Positions 58,107 to 64,000 of a DNA stretch of 64,000 nt are shown piece after piece. Positions within the stretch are counted from its first letter, which is position 1. Every line of letters begins with the position of its first letter. A program made the translations under genes and the position numbers. This DNA comes from Curvularia clavata (lineage: Eukaryota), in contig CP089276.1 in assembly GCA_023920165.1 (NCBI GenBank), positions 806,001-870,000 on the forward strand, given 5' to 3'. The notes beneath the pieces are model-generated. The model was not told where the DNA came from, searched no databases, and saw only the letters and a list, made by a program, of their open reading frames with translations.

Positions 58107-58683
58107 ATGCGTTTCTCCACCGCTGTCGCTGTCACTGTCGCCGCGTCTGCCAGCCTCGTTGCTGCGCAGAACAAGTGCGCTGCTCAGAAGTACGTTTTCT
58201 CTCCTCTTCTATTCATCCCGTCTTCTTTTAGTCGCGAGGATTTCCAGCTAACTCGCGTCCAGCATTGTCGACACCTGCGTCACCAGCTACCAGTCCCGCA
58301 TCGACGCCTGCAACAAGAAGGGCAACGACTTCATCTGCCTCTGCGACGTCTACCGTGATGTCCTCGTCTGCTACAACAACTGCCCTGATTCCCAGGACAG
58401 GCCTCCGGTCGAGAACACCGTCACCTCTTACTGCAATGCTGCTGAGCCCCTTCGCGCTGCGGCTTCCAGCTCCATGGCTTCCGTTGCCAGCGTAGCCGCT
58501 ACCCAGAGCCACGCTTCGCCCACAAAGACCGACTCGTCTGCTACCCCTACTGGCTCCGATGCCAAGACCACCGCTTCCCCTACTGCCTCGTCCTTCTCTG
58601 GCTCGTCCGGTGCCGAGAAGAACGGCTTCAAGGCTGGCGGTGCCCTCGTTGCTCTCTTTGGTGCTGCCGCTGCTCTTTTGTAA
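58107..58683 (+). CDS. Small GPI-anchored Ser/Thr-rich protein with N-terminal 8-Cys (CFEM-like) domain
   Basis: Signal peptide; CAAQNIVDTC..DAC..DFICLCDVY..CYNNCP..YC across intron 58190-58262; hydrophobic tail GGALVALFGAAAALL. Confidence 0.85.
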
Positions 58684-58984
58684 GATGGTGGCATGCTAAG
58701 GAGGGTGTTGTTGTTTGGCTTGGTGTTTTGGAGGACATGATAGTATCGCTTCGAATTGGGATATGCATTTCTACGCAGTCTTGGTATTCTCTCTCTCTAT
58801 GTGCTTATGTGTGTGTGTTTTTGTTTTTGTTGTGACTTTCTGCATCACTTGTGGACTTTGCTTGAATCAGACGTGAAGCTTTTTACGTTTTACATATACA
58901 ATCCAATCAGCTGGTCTTTGAATTGCAACGATCCTTCCTCGTCAAGAGCACTCGACGCTTTATGACGTTACCCTACACCCAATC

Positions 58985-59689
58985 CTATTCCTCCTTGATC
59001 TTCCCATCCTTAACCATCTGCCTAATAACATTGATACTCGACTCAACCGCCACCTTGGCCATCTATCCCTCTCGTCAGCCCACACCCAAACACACAAGAA
59101 AGCAAAAAAGAAAAGAAAAGAAACTCACCCCCTTAAGCCTCTGCAACTCCTTCTCTGCCTCCGCAGTCCCCTCCTTCACCTCCGGCAGCCGAAACTCAAA
59201 AACGTACGTCATGTGCAAGTCTTCAGGGCCTCCGGACGCGCCGTCCGAAACAATATTCTGCACATGCGAGCCATCTTCCTGCGCGAAGTCGACCTGTAGA
59301 AAAATTGCCTCGTCAGTCCATGCCTCTCCATCTGCATTAACCTCTTTCCCAATGCCACCCTAAGAAATCTAAAAAACAATTATTCCAAAAAAAAACCCTT
59401 CACTCGGTAGAGGAGGTATTAAAAAAATACGTACCCAGCAAGGCCAATACCCCGTCACCACCTCCCTCGCCTTATCTTTAGCCCCCATGCCCTTCTTGAA
59501 CACGACATCGCGCGTCACGACTCCCTCGCTACTCTCCTCAAGCACCGTGCAACTCTCAATGACGGGCACAAACTCCTGTGCAAAACGGATTTTGCGCTGG
59601 AGTCCCGCCCAGACTTGTGCGCGCGTGAGGACCGGGCTGGCGTTGGGCGGGTTGATGCGGGCGGTATGGGAGAGGTGGAGGTTCACCAT
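58985..59689 (-). CDS. DUF1857 / AtaL-like SRPBCC-fold protein
   Basis: Exons 59689-59435, 59293-59129, 59062-58985; INPP..PVLTRAQVWAGLQRKIR.AQEFVPVIESC.V, LHMTYVFE, SINVIRQMVKDG. Confidence 0.8.
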
Positions 59690-60552
59690 TTTCGATAGAT
59701 CGATTAGAGGGATGTAGTTGTAGTAGTAGAGTCAAGTTGGTATGGGGTGGGATGGATAGTTAATCGTGTTGTATACTATTGATGATTAAGACACTCAGGG
59801 GAGAAAAGGTAAATCCGTCGTTGGAAGTATGCAAGTGAGAATCGGGTTATGAAAGAATAAACTATATATACTACCTACCCTCGATCCTACGTATTTTCTC
59901 AGTCCCCGCTTCGCCCTCATCCACCACCCGAAGTGCCGAGTACATGCACGACAGGTAACCTAAGCAGAGTGTGCCTGTTCGGCTCCACGCATACCCCGTC
60001 CGAGCATGCATATGCATGCCAAGATGCTGCTTACCCAAGCCCCTTACACCCTCGCACTTATGATATCACCGAACGAACGACGCGCCAAGTCACAAAACTT
60101 TCGTCACCACGTCCAACGTGTATGCATGAATTTGAACCTCTATCCACTTGCTATTTGCAATGTGTAATGTCCTTCGTAGGAAACATCGTTATTCTTCTTA
60201 TTGACTGTGCGCTCGTGGAAAAAAAAATGAAATAAAAAGCGCTATCCTACCTCATCTTTCTCAAAAACCCCCAAACGCCCAACATGCTTGCATGTGCTTG
60301 CAAGCTATACGAAATATCCCTCCCCACAATGCAGTGAAGTGAGCCAGATCAAGTACAGCTCCGAAAGCGACGAACCACCAACACACATGATCCAAAGAGC
60401 GCCTTTTTTCGCTCACCAGACTGATGGAACCTCTTTTCTGAGTTCGCATATTTTGTACATTGGCATCAAAGCCAACAGGTAGTCTTCTCTCCAGAGCTTT
60501 GCAACCGCCAAAGCGGTTTGTACGCAGAGTCCTGTTAACGAAAGTTGTAGTC

Positions 60553-63397
<2,845 letters not shown>

Positions 63398-64000
63398 GAT
63401 GCTGGGGGTGCGCAGTGAAGCAGCGCAGGATCAGGGCACAAGCAGTCGAACGAGGTGGCTGGGGTGCGTCTTGAGCGGCTCTCAGAGCTCGCCTGGTTGC
63501 AAAGAGAGGAAGATGGAGAGGGCGTGGAGCAGGCTCGTGGCGGGTGACGAGGATGGTGGTGGTGGTGGAGGAGGCTGTGCGTAGGGAACCGGCCGTGCGC
63601 CGCTGCAAAGGCAAATGCGACTGGCGTCGACGGTGCTTGCCCGGAGATGTCCCGGCCAGTGGGATGGGACCGTGTGTAATGGCTTATTCGGCGCGTTGTA
63701 ATCAGGGCGGGCCAGCAAAAAAAGATGCAAATTATCAGCAAGCTCTTTGGGTGGATGCTGTCTGCACTCGCTCGCTCGCTGCGGCGGCGGCGGCGGCTAG
63801 GCTGCTGTTGGGCACTGGCTGGGGCGTCAAGGGCTGCGAAGACCGGGCAATGGCTTGTGTTTGCTTGGCGCCTGCCCCGCAGCATGGACGGTAGTGGTAG
63901 TCGTCAACTGCGAACTGGTGGTGACGGTCAGGCTAACTCACCACGACACAGTCACGATACATGGCTACATACTACAGTAAACAGCACACAGCCGAGAGCC

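Overview
Gene-dense genomic DNA from a filamentous ascomycete. Short GT..AG introns with CTAAC/CTGAC branch sites are seen directly; a Dothideomycete/Pleosporales origin is only my inference from protein style. About 22 protein-coding loci. Core genes: Kelch-type membrane protein (runs off the left edge and is absent from the ORF track), MET6/metE, SDR, small HSP, lipoate-protein ligase, RUD3-like golgin, MRPL32, septin CDC10, LTO1, methionyl-tRNA synthetase, siderophore-type MFS, MPP10, CHY/RING E3, RPL31 and RSP5. An accessory-looking block at about 10.6-24 kb holds two intronless bacterial-type genes (alpha-lytic/streptogrisin-type protease; GH94 cellobionic acid phosphorylase), a divergent TatD nuclease, a HET-domain gene interrupted by one in-frame TAA right after the HET domain, and a stand-alone WD40 gene. 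The GH94 promoter carries exact CLR-1, CLR-2 and ClrB-type motifs. No tRNA, rRNA, CRISPR array or intact transposon was recognised. I cannot demonstrate a new biological system; the HET/WD40/TatD block is the best candidate.
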